A stretch of DNA of 64,000 bases from Calditrichia bacterium (GTDB taxonomy: Bacteria; Calditrichota; Calditrichia; JAJRVZ01): NCBI GenBank assembly GCA_963796965.1, contig CAWCNS010000008.1:64001-128000 (forward strand). Direction: 5' to 3'. Both the position numbers and the translations under genes were made by a program. This document shows, one piece after another, positions 1-11,482 of the stretch (its first letter is position 1; every line of letters starts with the position of its first letter). A model generated the notes under the pieces. The model saw nothing but the letters and a program-made list of their open reading frames with translations. It was not told the origin of the DNA and searched no databases.

Positions 1-1733
1 CAGCACCTCATACTCAGAAATATCTTCTCCTAACGCCGTCCCCATTTCAATCATTGCCGTCAGAGCACCAAGGTAAAAACTGGTTAGATGTCCATTGGGC
101 CCCCAGTATTCAATATCGTAGGTATTATGATGCGGTTCTTCAAGAACACCCTTTCCCCGGGGATCCCAGGTAGTGATAGCATAGTCCATACTCATTTTAA
201 TTTGCAGCCATAAAGAGTTTAACCAATCCAGGTTTCCATATATCCGCCAATCCCGGTACATTTTCATGATGCCGCCAAGCTCGACCATCTGCTGCTGCAT
301 GAAAACCATGTGTCGTGGGACGAATGGGCAAGGCGCTCCGAAAAGTCTGGTGACCTTTCTCATCCTGGCTGACCAGGAATTCCGTTTCACGCAGACTACG
401 TTCAAGTTTTGGAAAGAGATGCGCGATTGCCTGGGCATAATTCCAAACATGGGTACAGGATCCGGCGCAACACCCGCTATTATCATTACAGCCCTCCCAG
501 CACCACAGCCGGCCATCGCTCTGTCTCATCACGGTTGGAGATTTTAAGATAGTAAGATTAGCCTGCTACTGCTTCAGTAACTTCAGCCGGAAGATTTGTA
601 TCATAAAAGGTTTTACTAAACACTTTTGATTTTTGCTGTAATTCATCATAGTTCCCAGTCCAGTAATCAATTACCTCCTCAATATTTTTAAACTTACCGG
701 CATACCAGGGGACATAGGTTTTCGTAACACAGCAAGCACCATTTGATGTATTTTTTACATCCTGACCCGTTTTTATATCTGTATGTGGTACATACCAGGA
801 AAACATAAGCCGGATCGTCTTTTCTTTACCCGGTTCTAAAGAAAAAGGTAGAGAGAGAGATGCACCGGGGCTGGATTCATTTATGGGGGCTCTGGCAGGT
901 AACCGGCCCTCTTCAATATTCTTCCAGGTCATTGTTACCGGATCCCACCAGCCACCACGAAACCAACAATGATTGACGACCACATTATTATCATTCACAT
1001 AAACAGCGAAAGCGCCCTCCCGTTCGGGATGCTCTTTTGTTCCTTTTTGCCATAATTTGAATCCATTTTTTGCTTTACCAATGCCATCTTTTTGCGAACT
1101 TCTGAAATGCGTATTATCATCTGTTTTAATAAAGTTTTTTGTATTATAGGAAAAGACAGCCTCAACAGGTTTGCCACTTTCATTCTTAAAATGATATTCT
1201 AATGCTCCAAGAGGCAGACTGGAATTGTCTTCATCACCGGGAATAAAAGGAGACCAACCGACAATTTTGACTTGCAAGGGTATTTCAGGATCGGCCAGGG
1301 ACACCGTACCGAAAGGAAATCTTGCCAAAAATTCAGAATTATCAAATCGTGGCAAACCATAACTACTTCTATCGGCACCTCTTCCAGTCCGCGGCATTCC
1401 AAATTTTTTCCAATCAGGGACGGGACCCTCCAATACCTTTGCTACGTTTTTGTCACCTTTAATGCAGAGAGCGGCAAAGCTATAGGGTTCATGGAAGAAA
1501 TCCATTTTGTTGCGCACGGAAACATGGGAGATCGAACCCGTACCTTCCAGACAGATCATCCCCGCACCGATACCACCGATGGGGAACGCCACTTTATCCA
1601 GGTAGTCACCGGAATAGGAACCATTAAATGGTCTTTTTTCAGCCTTTGAATCTGAATAATTTTCATGATCAGAGCATGAATTTAAAATAAAAGATAACAG
1701 GACACTAAAAAGCAACGATGGTATAACTTTCAT
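1..1733 (-). CDS. GH116-family glycoside hydrolase (non-lysosomal glucosylceramidase-like), lipoprotein; 3' end runs off the window; two frameshifts (~561, ~283)
   Basis: ORF 558..1733 has an N-terminal lipobox-like LNSC and FPIGGIGAG. ORF 197..532 has WEGC..GCCAGSCTHVWNYAQA. A third frame reads WDPRGKGVLEEPHHNTYDIEYWGPNG. Removing one base at each junction restores AVAANLTILKSPTVMRQ and AADGQLGGIMKMYRDW. Confidence 0.85.
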
Positions 1734-1963
1734 AATTTCATTCCCTTCCTATGAGACATATTAAACATTATTAATGAAGTATGGGATTTATTATGTGATC
1801 TTTTTTACAAAGTATTGTAAATAGGTATTTTTCTTTTAGATAAAATTTGTGTACCTCAATACCACCGATTGTGGTCACTGATAAAAAACATTTACGATTA
1901 TTATTTATAAGTATAAATTGTCTGTTATCTAATAGACCGTTTAATTGTTTATCTCAATGAACA

Positions 1964-2032
1964 CCACAAAAAACACGAAGTATTCTTTATAATTTTTTTC
2001 GTGCTCTTCGTGCTCTTCGCGAACTTCGTGGT
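1964..2032. repeat. 9-mer periodic inverted repeat (CACGAAG / CTTCGTG family)
   Basis: ccacaaaaaacacgaag ... ttcgtgctcttcgtgctcttcgcgaacttcgtggt. Confidence 0.7.
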
Positions 2033-2090
2033 AGAGTTCTTTTTACACTTTCCTGATCCCGTCGTTACCGGTTAAGGTCTAAACGGATTC

Positions 2091-3299
2091 TTAGGGTTCT
2101 GGTGCGGTTGTCATATCCACCACGATTGAACCATCCTTCTTCCCTATCCAAACAGTTCTGGGGAGATTTCCATCAACAGACACCTCGTATCGACCGAAGA
2201 ATACTTCTGCTTTAAAGGTTCCGTTCTCATCCACCTCGCCCACCCGGGAGGTCCACCATTGGTTGTAAACCAGATCCCGGTAGGCTTTAGCCGCCTTGGT
2301 GGGACGCCAATCCTTCCTCCAAAGTGCAGCGTCCGGACGCCAGTGGCTGCCTTCCCAAAATCCCCACATCAAAATCCCTTCCACAGCGGGATGGGCAAAA
2401 GCCGTTGTATAAAGATCCACTAATCCCTTTGCTTTGACATCCTCATCTTTGGTATTTATATCGAACTCTGTAATCTTGATTGGTAGATTGAATTTGGCCA
2501 GTCGATCTAAAACCAGTTTAACTTGCGCAGGGTCTACACCTTTATTTCCAAAATGTCCCTGGAGACCAATGCCATCAATCCGAACACCCCTATTTATAAA
2601 ATCTGCAATCTGTTTTTCGTAAGCATCGAGGTCTCCCCCACCCAGAATACCATAGTCATTTACATATAAGAGGGCATCCGGATCTGTCTGCCGGCACCAA
2701 TCGAACATCCCGGGACGTATGGTATCCCCCAAACGTTTTTTGTAATAATCCCCATGGAGCATTTCGTTGTTCACATCATATTCCGGGATCCTTCCTTTGT
2801 ATTTACCCAGGACATCAATGGCCCGTCTTTCCACGGCAACACGCAGGGAATCGTCATCCAATTCCTTTAGCCATGGCTGAACATATTTATCCACACACCA
2901 AAAAACACAATGCCCCCGCAGACGCAGGCCATTATCCTCACACCATTTGAGCATGACATCTGCATTGTTATAGGTAAGTTTGTCTTTGGATTTCTCAGTG
3001 GAATACCACTTGAGAGCATTTTCATGGACGGCCGAGTTAAAATTGGCCTTCACAGTCGAAAGGTATGTCTGTTTATCTGCCGGGTTTACTTTACCCATAA
3101 AGACATTCTGTGAAAGCGCCGTACCAAACCAGAAGGCATGCGCCACCTGCTTGATTTTGACTTTCGCACCCGGGTTCGATTTGACAATAAGCATTCCCTT
3201 GCGGTGTTTCAGGGCCTTATCAGACACGACCTCGTTTCCGGGAAGGGCCTGTCCGGTAAGGAAGATAGTGATTAAAATTAATAGTATGTATTTTCGCAT
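2091..3299 (-). CDS. GH10 endo-1,4-beta-xylanase-family protein, secreted
   Basis: Signal peptide; motifs ENALKW, RGHCVFW, DVNNE (acid/base), YVNDY, GLQGH, ITEFD (nucleophile), WGFW. Confidence 0.9.
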   Translation of the reverse strand: MRKYILLILITIFLTGQALPGNEVVSDKALKHRKGMLIVKSNPGAKVKIKQVAHAFWFGTALSQNVFMGKVNPADKQTYLSTVKANFNSAVHENALKWYSTEKSKDKLTYNNADVMLKWCEDNGLRLRGHCVFWCVDKYVQPWLKELDDDSLRVAVERRAIDVLGKYKGRIPEYDVNNEMLHGDYYKKRLGDTIRPGMFDWCRQTDPDALLYVNDYGILGGGDLDAYEKQIADFINRGVRIDGIGLQGHFGNKGVDPAQVKLVLDRLAKFNLPIKITEFDINTKDEDVKAKGLVDLYTTAFAHPAVEGILMWGFWEGSHWRPDAALWRKDWRPTKAAKAYRDLVYNQWWTSRVGEVDENGTFKAEVFFGRYEVSVDGNLPRTVWIGKKDGSIVVDMTTAPEP

Positions 3300-3378
3300 T
3301 AATTTTCCTTTTTGATAGTGACGAAAAGATGATCTTTATATACTCCGGGGCAGTATCTGATTTGGTTTATGCCCGCAT

Positions 3379-4218
3379 TTACGATTTTTTTGCAACAACT
3401 GCCATTTCAGTTGCATCAGATTTGAAAGGAGTACCTGATACATCCGAGTAGAACTCTTCTATTTTTAAACCGTTTTCTTCAAATTCATTTCTTATTGAAT
3501 CTTTGCTGTAACATTGTAGCCAGTTATAGACGACACGTTTTCTTGATTCTTCAATGATGGTATACTTATCAAGTGTGACTTTCTCTTTCTCATATTTAAA
3601 TGCGTTGACAAAGCAATAATAATCCTCAGGAGACCAAAACCCGTTTAATTGATTAAGTTCATAACTTGCGGATTCTTCTTTTTGATTGAAACTGTTTAAG
3701 GAATAGACATCAAGGAGTATGGAACCGTTCGGATTTAATAATGAATTGAATTTTGTGAGCATTACTTTTCTTTGTTCAGGACTTAATGCACAAAAATCAC
3801 ACATAATCATTATAATAAGATCAAATCTATTTATTGTTTCAAAATCCAGATAGTTTAAATGAACATAATTAATTGTTAAACCTCTTTCACCAGCCACCTT
3901 TTTTGCATAAGTCAGCGAATTGTCTGAGAAATCAATGCCAGTTACCCCTGCCCCCCGTTCCGCCAGCCTGGTTGCGTATAGCCCCGGTCCACAGCCAAAA
4001 TCTGCAACTTCACTATGTTTATCCACCTCAAAGTGGGAGACAATCCACTCCACAGAGCGCTCTATAAAGTTCTTATTTCGTGATGAAGCATCGATGTGCT
4101 CATTTAAGTGGTAGGCAAGCATTTGTTTTGATGTATGCTTATTGGTCCACAACTCATCTGCAGTGTAAAATTCAAAGGGTGCAGGGCGTGAATTAATTTC
4201 TTTTAGATCCTTAAACAA
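3379..4218 (-). CDS. Class I SAM-dependent methyltransferase
   Basis: VADFGCGPG motif I, GIDFS, FDLII; AAGGAG RBS upstream of a TTG start. Confidence 0.85.
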   Translation of the reverse strand: MFKDLKEINSRPAPFEFYTADELWTNKHTSKQMLAYHLNEHIDASSRNKNFIERSVEWIVSHFEVDKHSEVADFGCGPGLYATRLAERGAGVTGIDFSDNSLTYAKKVAGERGLTINYVHLNYLDFETINRFDLIIMIMCDFCALSPEQRKVMLTKFNSLLNPNGSILLDVYSLNSFNQKEESASYELNQLNGFWSPEDYYCFVNAFKYEKEKVTLDKYTIIEESRKRVVYNWLQCYSKDSIRNEFEENGLKIEEFYSDVSGTPFKSDATEMAVVAKKS

Positions 4219-4237
4219 AATATCTCCTTAGTAAATT

Positions 4238-4513
4238 TTAACCATTATTCCTTAAAGATACCTTAACCTTAATGGGTCTGTTACTGATTCTTTTAGGCCA
4301 AAGACTTTCACAGACATATTTTAAAATAATAGTGGCAGCGAGAAACGCAATGGCTTCAACCACTTTAAACGAGAATCCGGGTGGTCTAAGCCAAAATGGA
4401 AGTGTTGTACCCACAAAAGCAGGAAGTACAGAGGCTGTCCAGTAGCGGGTACCGGCATTCTGCAAAAAACTGGAAAATGTCTTGTTCCATAGCCCACTCT
4501 TTATAGTATGCAT
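4238..4513 (-). pseudogene. Probable N-terminal fragment of a UbiA/MenA-like prenyltransferase
   Basis: TRYWTASVLPAFVGTTLPFW followed by a hydrophobic helix resembles the MenA N-terminus; the resemblance is lost after about 60 residues and no Asp-rich motif follows. Confidence 0.4.
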
Positions 4514-4657
4514 CAGATGAACACATACCAGTTTATTTAGACATGATAATCCCGACAAAACCGGGATCCAAAAGACGGACAGGATTTGCTGGTACTCCCC
4601 TGCTTTTATTCTGTACAGGTAGGTACCGGATGGCAGATTTTGTCCCTTGGTGGGTTA

Positions 4658-6143
4658 TCAATTTTTTGTCCAATCCGGCTCGCGGTGTAATGTAAACGTT
4701 TTGATGGCCGGACATGCTGCAGATTTGGTTATCCGTAACCGTATTTTGCTTGCTGTCATGTTATCGGTCCTGACCAGCCGCCGGCTGCCGATGGCCGTAC
4801 CCTTTGCAAATTCAACCCATTTACCTAAAATCCAGGCATCGAGGGCCCAATCATCTATCCTCAGGCCAAGGGGCAGATATTCACGCATATTCACAACGTT
4901 GAATTCAATCTCTTCACCCATATCAAGTACGATCTCTGGCGTGAGTTCCTTATCATCTGTACACCAATAGGAATCACGCTTGCCATCCAATACGTTTGTT
5001 GCCGCATAAGTTTGGCTGTTCCCACGTGTATTGCTGGCCATAACGGTTGCATCGAAAGCAAGGTTGGTTGAGAACGTCTCCTTTTGCCAGTCACCGAACT
5101 TCTTTAAAGACGTCACATCATTTTCATGGAGCTGGCCCCGGCGATCCGGAGGAAGGCCCAGGTTAAGAGAAGCCCCCCTGCCCACACTCTGGAAATAAAG
5201 GTTGATGAGATTCTGTGCCGAACGGACCTGGTCATTCTGCTCAGGATGATAATACCATCCCGGCCGGATCGAGACATCGGCCTCGGCAGGGACCCATTGT
5301 GCGCCGTCTCGTGTCCCGGATCCCAGCAAGGTTTGGGGTATGCCCATACCCGGTCCTGCCGTTTTGCCATCCACTAAAGGGAAGGTGATCGTTGCCCAGC
5401 AGGGATCATTGGCATAGCCTTTTTCATTTCCCACCCAGCGGCATCCGGGCCCCACATCGCTGAAAATCACCGCCTCTGGCTGCAGATTGTTCATCATTTT
5501 AAAAATCTCCGGCCAGCCGTAGTAGGTTGCCCGATCAATGTTGCGTTTTCCTTTGGCACCCCCATACCAACCGGTTCCGCCGTTTGCGCCGTCCACCCAT
5601 AACTCAAAAAGGTCGCCATAGTTGCTCATCAGACTCCCGCCATTGTTCTTTATAGACCTCCACGTAGGCCGGCCGGCCGTATTCCGGATGGTTCCGGTCC
5701 CAGGGAGAGAGGTAGGCGCCAAACCGGAGCCCTTGCTTCCGTGTCGCATTGGCCAACTCTTTTACAATATCACCCTGCCCGTTTTTCCAGGGGCTGTTTT
5801 TGATTGAATATTCCGTGGTCATAGTCGGCCAGAGGCAGAGCCCGCCATGGTGTTTACAAACCAGAATCAGCCCATTCAGGCCGCCGTCTTTTGCTGCTTT
5901 GGCAATCTGGTCCGCATCAAAATCGGTTGGATTAAACAGAGCTGGGGGCTTATCCCCGAAGGCCCATTCCTCGTTTGTAAATGTGGGCATATTGAAGCAG
6001 ACAAGCCCGTAGACCTCCATCTCATGCCAGGCGAGTTGGGCGTTTGTCGGAAGGGGGCCATAGGGTTCAGGCGGCCCGACGGTACACGCGTATAATGAAA
6101 ATAATGATAGTAAACCGATACAGATATTTTTTCTCATGATCAT
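4658..6143 (-). CDS. GH29 alpha-L-fucosidase with C-terminal F5/8-type domain, lipoprotein; one frameshift at ~5635
   Basis: ORF 5604..6143 (LYAC, KHHGGLCLWPT, YLSPWDRNH) joins ORF 4658..5749 (ELWVDGANG, RWVGNEKG, EADVSIRPGW, SVGRG); one extra base in gagtctgatg. Confidence 0.9.
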
Positions 6144-6366
6144 GCCTTACCAGGAGTATGTGTAACAATGAAAGTTACGATTAGAAGCCGACGATTTTAT
6201 TATATCTCAATGTGACGTAAAAATCAAAATTTAAAAGAATGGAAATATTCCTGGTCAAACCTATACTCTTTATCATACCTCTGCAATGAGTAGCCCGATT
6301 GGATTATCAAATAAGAACCTTTAAATTGTTTCAGCAGGGTTGTCTGGTTTGAGTCGGTTTCTTTTG

Positions 6367-7815
6367 TCAGTTCGGTATTGCAGCGCTCCAGCCTTCCTGC
6401 AATTGGATCTTCAACGTTTCAAAATCAACATTATATTTAGGATTATCTGCAACATTTAGATCCTCACCGGGGTCATTCATGTGGTCAAATAATTCAAAAC
6501 GCTTATTGATGTGTTTGATTAATCTGTAACGGCTGGTACGTATGGTTCGAGCCCCATCGATCTCACTGAAAACGGCTTTTTTCCAGGATCGCTGAGGATC
6601 TTCAATCAGGGGGACAAAACTCGTTCCTTCCAAATAGGCAGGCGCCTTTATCTTTGCTAACGAGCATAAGGAAGGGTAAATGTCAACAAGTTCAACCAAT
6701 GCCGAAGTGCTTTGACCTTTCTGCATCCATGGAACAGAAATCATCATTGCTGTGCGCGTGCTGGTCTCGACATTGATGTGTTTACACCACCAGCCATGTT
6801 CACCAAGATTCCAACCATGATCGCCCCATAATACGATTATTGTTTCTTTCTCTAAACGAAGCCGTTTCAACTCCGCTAATACCTTTCCTATCTGCGCGTC
6901 AGTAAAACTGACACTGGCATAATACCCATGAATCAGCTCCCGAGCCTTTTCTTTTGATACTGGTCCCTTATTAGGAATATCTCCATAGCGCCGTAATTCA
7001 TCCCATCCGTTACGGGTAATTCCATTTTTTACGGGCTGAGGATTCAATGGAAGATTGATGTCCTCCCGTCTGTAAAGATCCCAATATTTCTTTGGTGGCG
7101 TAAAGGGGAGATGAGGGCGATAGAATCCTGCAGCAAGGAAAAATGGATTATCATCATTCTTCAGTTTTCTTAACTCTTCTATTGTACGGATTGCGATCAG
7201 TCCATCAGGATGTACTTCGTCAGGGGTATCTGACACCTCGCAGGAATTGGGGCGAGGGAGGTTTGCATCCGTTATTTCTTTGAAATAGTTTTCAAGTACA
7301 CTTCGGTTAGATGATAATTGATATCCTGAACAGTATCCGTGACAAAACTTACCCTCAGAAAATGTGTCTTTATGCCGTCTTGTCCATCCCGTCGAATCGT
7401 CGTTGTTCCTGTGGTAGATTTTACCAATGGATATGGTCGTGTAACCTTCGTCCTTGAGAAGTTGTGGTAATGATACGGTTCCGTTAGGAAGTGCCTTCGA
7501 AGAAAATCGATCGGAAAATCCAAAACTTTCTGGCCTGTACCCGGAAAGAACACTTACCCGCGAAGGCATACACACGGCGGTCTGGCAATAGGCTCGCTCA
7601 AACAGCAATCCTTGCTCTGCCAGCCCATCCATATTCGGAGACTTAATTTGTTTATTGCCATAACACCCCAATTCAGGGCGCAGATCATCAACGGCAATAA
7701 ATAAGATATTAGGACGTTTGCTGGATTTATCTGCAGCAATCAAACATTGATGGCTTATAATCGACAGTAAGGAAACTATAATGATGTAGTATTTAGTTAT
7801 GGTTGATGTTCTCAT
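6367..7815 (-). CDS. Formylglycine-dependent sulfatase (iduronate-2-sulfatase-like)
   Basis: NILFIAVDDLRP, CMPSR (CxPxR), GKIYH, GFYRPHLPF, GDHGW; signal peptide. Confidence 0.92.
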   Translation of the reverse strand: MRTSTITKYYIIIVSLLSIISHQCLIAADKSSKRPNILFIAVDDLRPELGCYGNKQIKSPNMDGLAEQGLLFERAYCQTAVCMPSRVSVLSGYRPESFGFSDRFSSKALPNGTVSLPQLLKDEGYTTISIGKIYHRNNDDSTGWTRRHKDTFSEGKFCHGYCSGYQLSSNRSVLENYFKEITDANLPRPNSCEVSDTPDEVHPDGLIAIRTIEELRKLKNDDNPFFLAAGFYRPHLPFTPPKKYWDLYRREDINLPLNPQPVKNGITRNGWDELRRYGDIPNKGPVSKEKARELIHGYYASVSFTDAQIGKVLAELKRLRLEKETIIVLWGDHGWNLGEHGWWCKHINVETSTRTAMMISVPWMQKGQSTSALVELVDIYPSLCSLAKIKAPAYLEGTSFVPLIEDPQRSWKKAVFSEIDGARTIRTSRYRLIKHINKRFELFDHMNDPGEDLNVADNPKYNVDFETLKIQLQEGWSAAIPN

Positions 7816-8280
7816 AATGATTTTCCTTTTCCGACCGATTTAGAATGGGCCAAACGGTAGGTAAAATAACCATTGGTCTCTGATTTAAATTGGGGCAGCG
7901 AGTTAAATGTACCTGGGGTGTTTTTATCCTGTGCCTCAAATTAAGCACGATGAATAAGAACAGTATCCCGGAAAAAACTTGTTTTATCATGATTTTCTTG
8001 AAAAGTCTTTTATAATTTAAGCAATAAAATTTAGATTTTTTATAGACATCTGATTATTTTAATATTACTGACTGTAATACAATGGGTGAATTCAGCCACA
8101 CCAAAGATTTCTCATGATTTATATTAAATTTGCACGATGCCCATTATCAGGAAACCGAATCCGAACATGCACACGTTTGGTTTTGGCTAAAGCGATTTGT
8201 TATGCTTTAATTTTACCTAATTAGTGATGTATTCTTCCTTGTCCTCAGGACGGAGATCGTCGACCAGCGACGCCAACGGC

Positions 8281-9752
8281 CTATTCTGGTGGGGTTGGAT
8301 CTTCGGCTACTTGCCCGGCAAGGCCGCCGGGACCACGGACTCGCAGACCCAATACTCGATTGCCGGCGCCACTCCGGGGGGACGAAATGTCTGAGCCAAC
8401 GACCACGACGAGGTCAGAGTCAGGCACGACCACGATAAACTGACCTCCATAGCCCTTGCCCATGAATGCCGGGTGGCCGTCGATGCTCCTCCTCCACCAA
8501 CCGTAGCCGTAACTCCCTACGAATGGCTGACCCTCGCTATGGTAAGCAATGCACTCATGTACCCATTCCACAGGAATGATCTCTGCCCATCCCACACGCC
8601 CTGGCTCAACAGAAGCAGGCCAACGCGCGCCATGTCACGCGCAGTCATGAGGATCTCCGCGCCCCCTATGTGCACGCCGCTCGTGCTCTGCCACCAGTCG
8701 CTGATTTCCAGGCCGATCGGATCGAATACATGCCGCTCGGCAAAAGCGCGCGTCGTCGTTCCGGTCTGCAACGCGAGGATCTCTGACACAAGTGTGTCGA
8801 GGCGGTGGAGTAGTTGAAGCACTCGCCAGGTGTGCAATCGAGCGGAAGCGATAGATAGTAACCGCTTGAATGTCCGCGCCGGCCCACTCGCCTGTCGGCG
8901 CTCCGTTTTCGATCCAGTGTAGCCCGCTCGTCATGTCCAAAAGATGATGCAGGCGAATCTCCTTCTTCTTCTTGTCTCCCTCTTCCTCGAAGTACTGCGG
9001 GACGAGTGCAGCCACTTTCTGATCCGGCGCTGCAATATGGCCCTCTCGGATGGCAACACCGACGAGAGCAGTGATAATCCCTTTCGATACCGACTTGATG
9101 TTGATCGGCTCCGTTACGCTGCCGCCATGGAAGTACTCTCGTAGACCAGGAGTCCTCCTCGCGCAATCAGGAGTGCGTGCACCCCGGGAATCTCTCCCGG
9201 ATCATTTCAGAAGCTGCCGATAGCGCCTGGGTGTCGAGGCCGGCGCTGGCGTGCTGATGGTCTTCCAATCCTCCGTGGGCCAGTGTGGGCGATGGTTATC
9301 GGGCCAGTCCCAGGTCTCGCCCCCCCGAGCCCAGGCTGGAAGTGATTCGAACGGCACGGCCTTCAAGCTGAAGGTTCCCCGAATCCCCGTGTCCCCGGTG
9401 TAGACCGCCTCGCCACTAAGGTCTGTCTGCGACACGCGACCTTCAAAGCGCAGTGATTCTCCTCCGGAGAGCGGCAGTAGAGAACGAAACCAACCCGCCG
9501 TCCACGCGGATGTCGGCGACTTCGATGTCGGGCGACAGGGAGGCGATGATGTCCATATCTCCGCGAAGTTCGCCGTCCGTGTGATCGAAGGTGACGGCGA
9601 ACGGGAATTCCACATTTTGCACCTCAAGAGTGCCCATCCAGGTCCCCTCCAGCAATGGTATGGAGTGATTAGTCTGAGACGACGAGAAGAGGCATTGGGC
9701 ATCAGCTGCTTACCAGCAGCGCGATTAGAAACAGTGCAACTCTGTTTTTCAT
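8281..9752 (-). pseudogene. Serine hydrolase (class C beta-lactamase-like), GC-rich, multiply disrupted
   Basis: AAGGAG RBS and MKNRVALFLIALLVSS start at 9752, then an in-frame TGA. Fragments in different frames carry SVSK (SxxK), LLDMTSG, FNYST, TARDMARVGLL, YGYGWW and GYGGQF. Confidence 0.75.
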
Positions 9753-9883
9753 GGTTTCGACTCCTTACACAGGTGGACATGCATCAATAATCTCTTTATT
9801 GTGAGATTTATTGATCTTACCAGCGATGAAACTGAGAAGTAGTTCGGCAACCGGTACAGCGATTTGCCAGGTAGTAATTTTTT

Positions 9884-10896
9884 TCAAAACCCTTCAAGTA
9901 CAATCTTGCCTCGCGCGGAACCACTTTCAATCTGCGCATGCACGTCACGGAGCGTCGCAGCATCGATCTTGCCGGCAACCTCAGTGGCCGTGGAGCGGAT
10001 GCGGCCCGCATCGACTAAGGCAGTTACTTCGTTCAATAGTTTGCCCTGTTCCGCCATATCCGGTGTCTCAAAGAGCGGGCGGGTGAACATCAATTCCCAA
10101 TGAAGTGACACCGCTTTGAGCCTAACGGCATGGCGTTGAGCTCTGCCGGGTCATCGATCAGGCCAAAGCGGCCCTGCGGTGCAATTAAGGCGACAATATC
10201 AGCGAAATGCTGGTCAGTCTGAGTGGTTGAGAACACAAAACCGGGAGCGCCGAGACCCAGAGCCTCAACCTGGGGGGCCAAAGACTGGCGGTGGTCGATT
10301 ACATGATGGGCTCCGCATTCGCGTACCCAATCCTGCGTTTCAGGACGCGAGGCGGTGGCAATAACCGTCATATCGGTTAATGCCCGCAGAAGTTGAATGG
10401 TGATCGAGCCGACGCCGCCTGCACCGCCAATGACCAAAATGGTATTTCCTCCCTCCGGTGTTGGGCGTTTGACATCGAGCCGGTCAAATAGCATTTCCCA
10501 GGCGGTGATCGCAGTGAGTGGAAGTGCTGCAGCCTCAGCATCACTCAGATTAGCGGGTTTGCGGCCTACGATGCGTTCATCGACAAGGTGATATTCGCTG
10601 TTGGTGCCAGGTCGGGCGATGGAGCCGGCGTAAAAAACCGCATCGCCTGGATTGAAATTCCGTACCTCAGGCCCAACAGCCTCAACAACACCGGAGGCAT
10701 CAAATCCAAGGACACGCCAGTCACCTCCCTCGGGCTCCCTGGCGCGGCGTAATTTTGTGTCTACAGGGTTAACCGATACAGCGATAATCCTAACCAACAA
10801 ATCGCGGCCTTCGGCTTCGGGTTTTTCAATATTAATGTCCTGCAAGGCATCCTCACGGTCAATGGGACCCGGGGTTTTGTAGCCAACTGCTTTCAT
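9884..10896 (-). CDS. Zinc-binding alcohol dehydrogenase / quinone oxidoreductase family; frameshift at ~10120
   Basis: SVNPVDTK, GFDASG, LPLTAITAWE, GGAGGVG; continues in ORF 9884..10111 (SLHWELMFTR...ARGKIVLEGF). Confidence 0.88.
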
Positions 10897-10937
10897 TGTT
10901 TATCTCCAGTTTTATTGTTATTTTAAATTGTTTTTCT

Positions 10938-11063
10938 ATGCAAGGTGCCTATATGAACTGTAGCGGATTAATCCGCACCTGCGTTTCAATTTACATAAAA
11001 ACCAAAAAAAGCACAGTATTTAAATTCTGTGCTTTCTCCGCTATTTTTTATCCAAGGTTAGCA
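10938..11063 (-). repeat. attC-like imperfect palindrome after the monooxygenase gene; the internal hairpin could also be a terminator
   Basis: Minus strand TGCTAAC..ATAAAAAATAGCGGA ... TCCGCTACAGTTCATATAGGCACCTTGCAT; TAGCGGA pairs with TCCGCTA; internal AAAGCACAG/CTGTGCTTT hairpin followed by a T-run. Confidence 0.5.
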
Positions 11064-11074
11064 ACGGGCTTTTT

Positions 11075-11371
11075 CTAACCTATTTGGGTCATTTCATTTA
11101 AAATAAATTCTTCCACAGCATTTTCTGTTGCTTTCACATATTCAGCCAAATGCGCATTATTCATATGCTTTTGCCATAGGTCTCTATTCGTCCAATTTTC
11201 ATAAAACAGAAACAGGTTTGGATTTTCATTATCCTGATGTAAATCATAACATATACATCCTTCTTCTGCTCTTGTAACGTCAATTAGTTTTAACAATTCG
11301 TTTTTTACCAATTCTCTTTTTTCTTCTTTTGCTAAGATTTTCACTAGGATGGTTAATTTCCTATCAGGCAT
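11075..11371 (-). CDS. Putative quinol monooxygenase (ABM domain)
   Basis: TRAEEGCICYDLHQD, FLFYENW, H..NAH; GGAG RBS before MPDRKL at 11371. Confidence 0.85.
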   Translation of the reverse strand: MPDRKLTILVKILAKEEKRELVKNELLKLIDVTRAEEGCICYDLHQDNENPNLFLFYENWTNRDLWQKHMNNAHLAEYVKATENAVEEFILNEMTQIG

Positions 11372-11482
11372 AATTACTCCTTTTAAATTATTAAATATTG
11401 AGAGACCTTTAGAGGCAATCCACAAGTGCTATCACGTATAATGTGAGTTTTCACCACCTAAACAATGTAAAGAGATTCCGTA

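Noticed and set aside
7793..7990. 65-aa ORF with a signal-like N-terminus overlapping the sulfatase start
   Set aside because: No recognisable domain; it may be a remnant, but I cannot support it.
10120..10126. GCCTAAC, a perfect attC core heptamer
   Set aside because: It lies inside the oxidoreductase coding region at the frameshift and has no partner arm.
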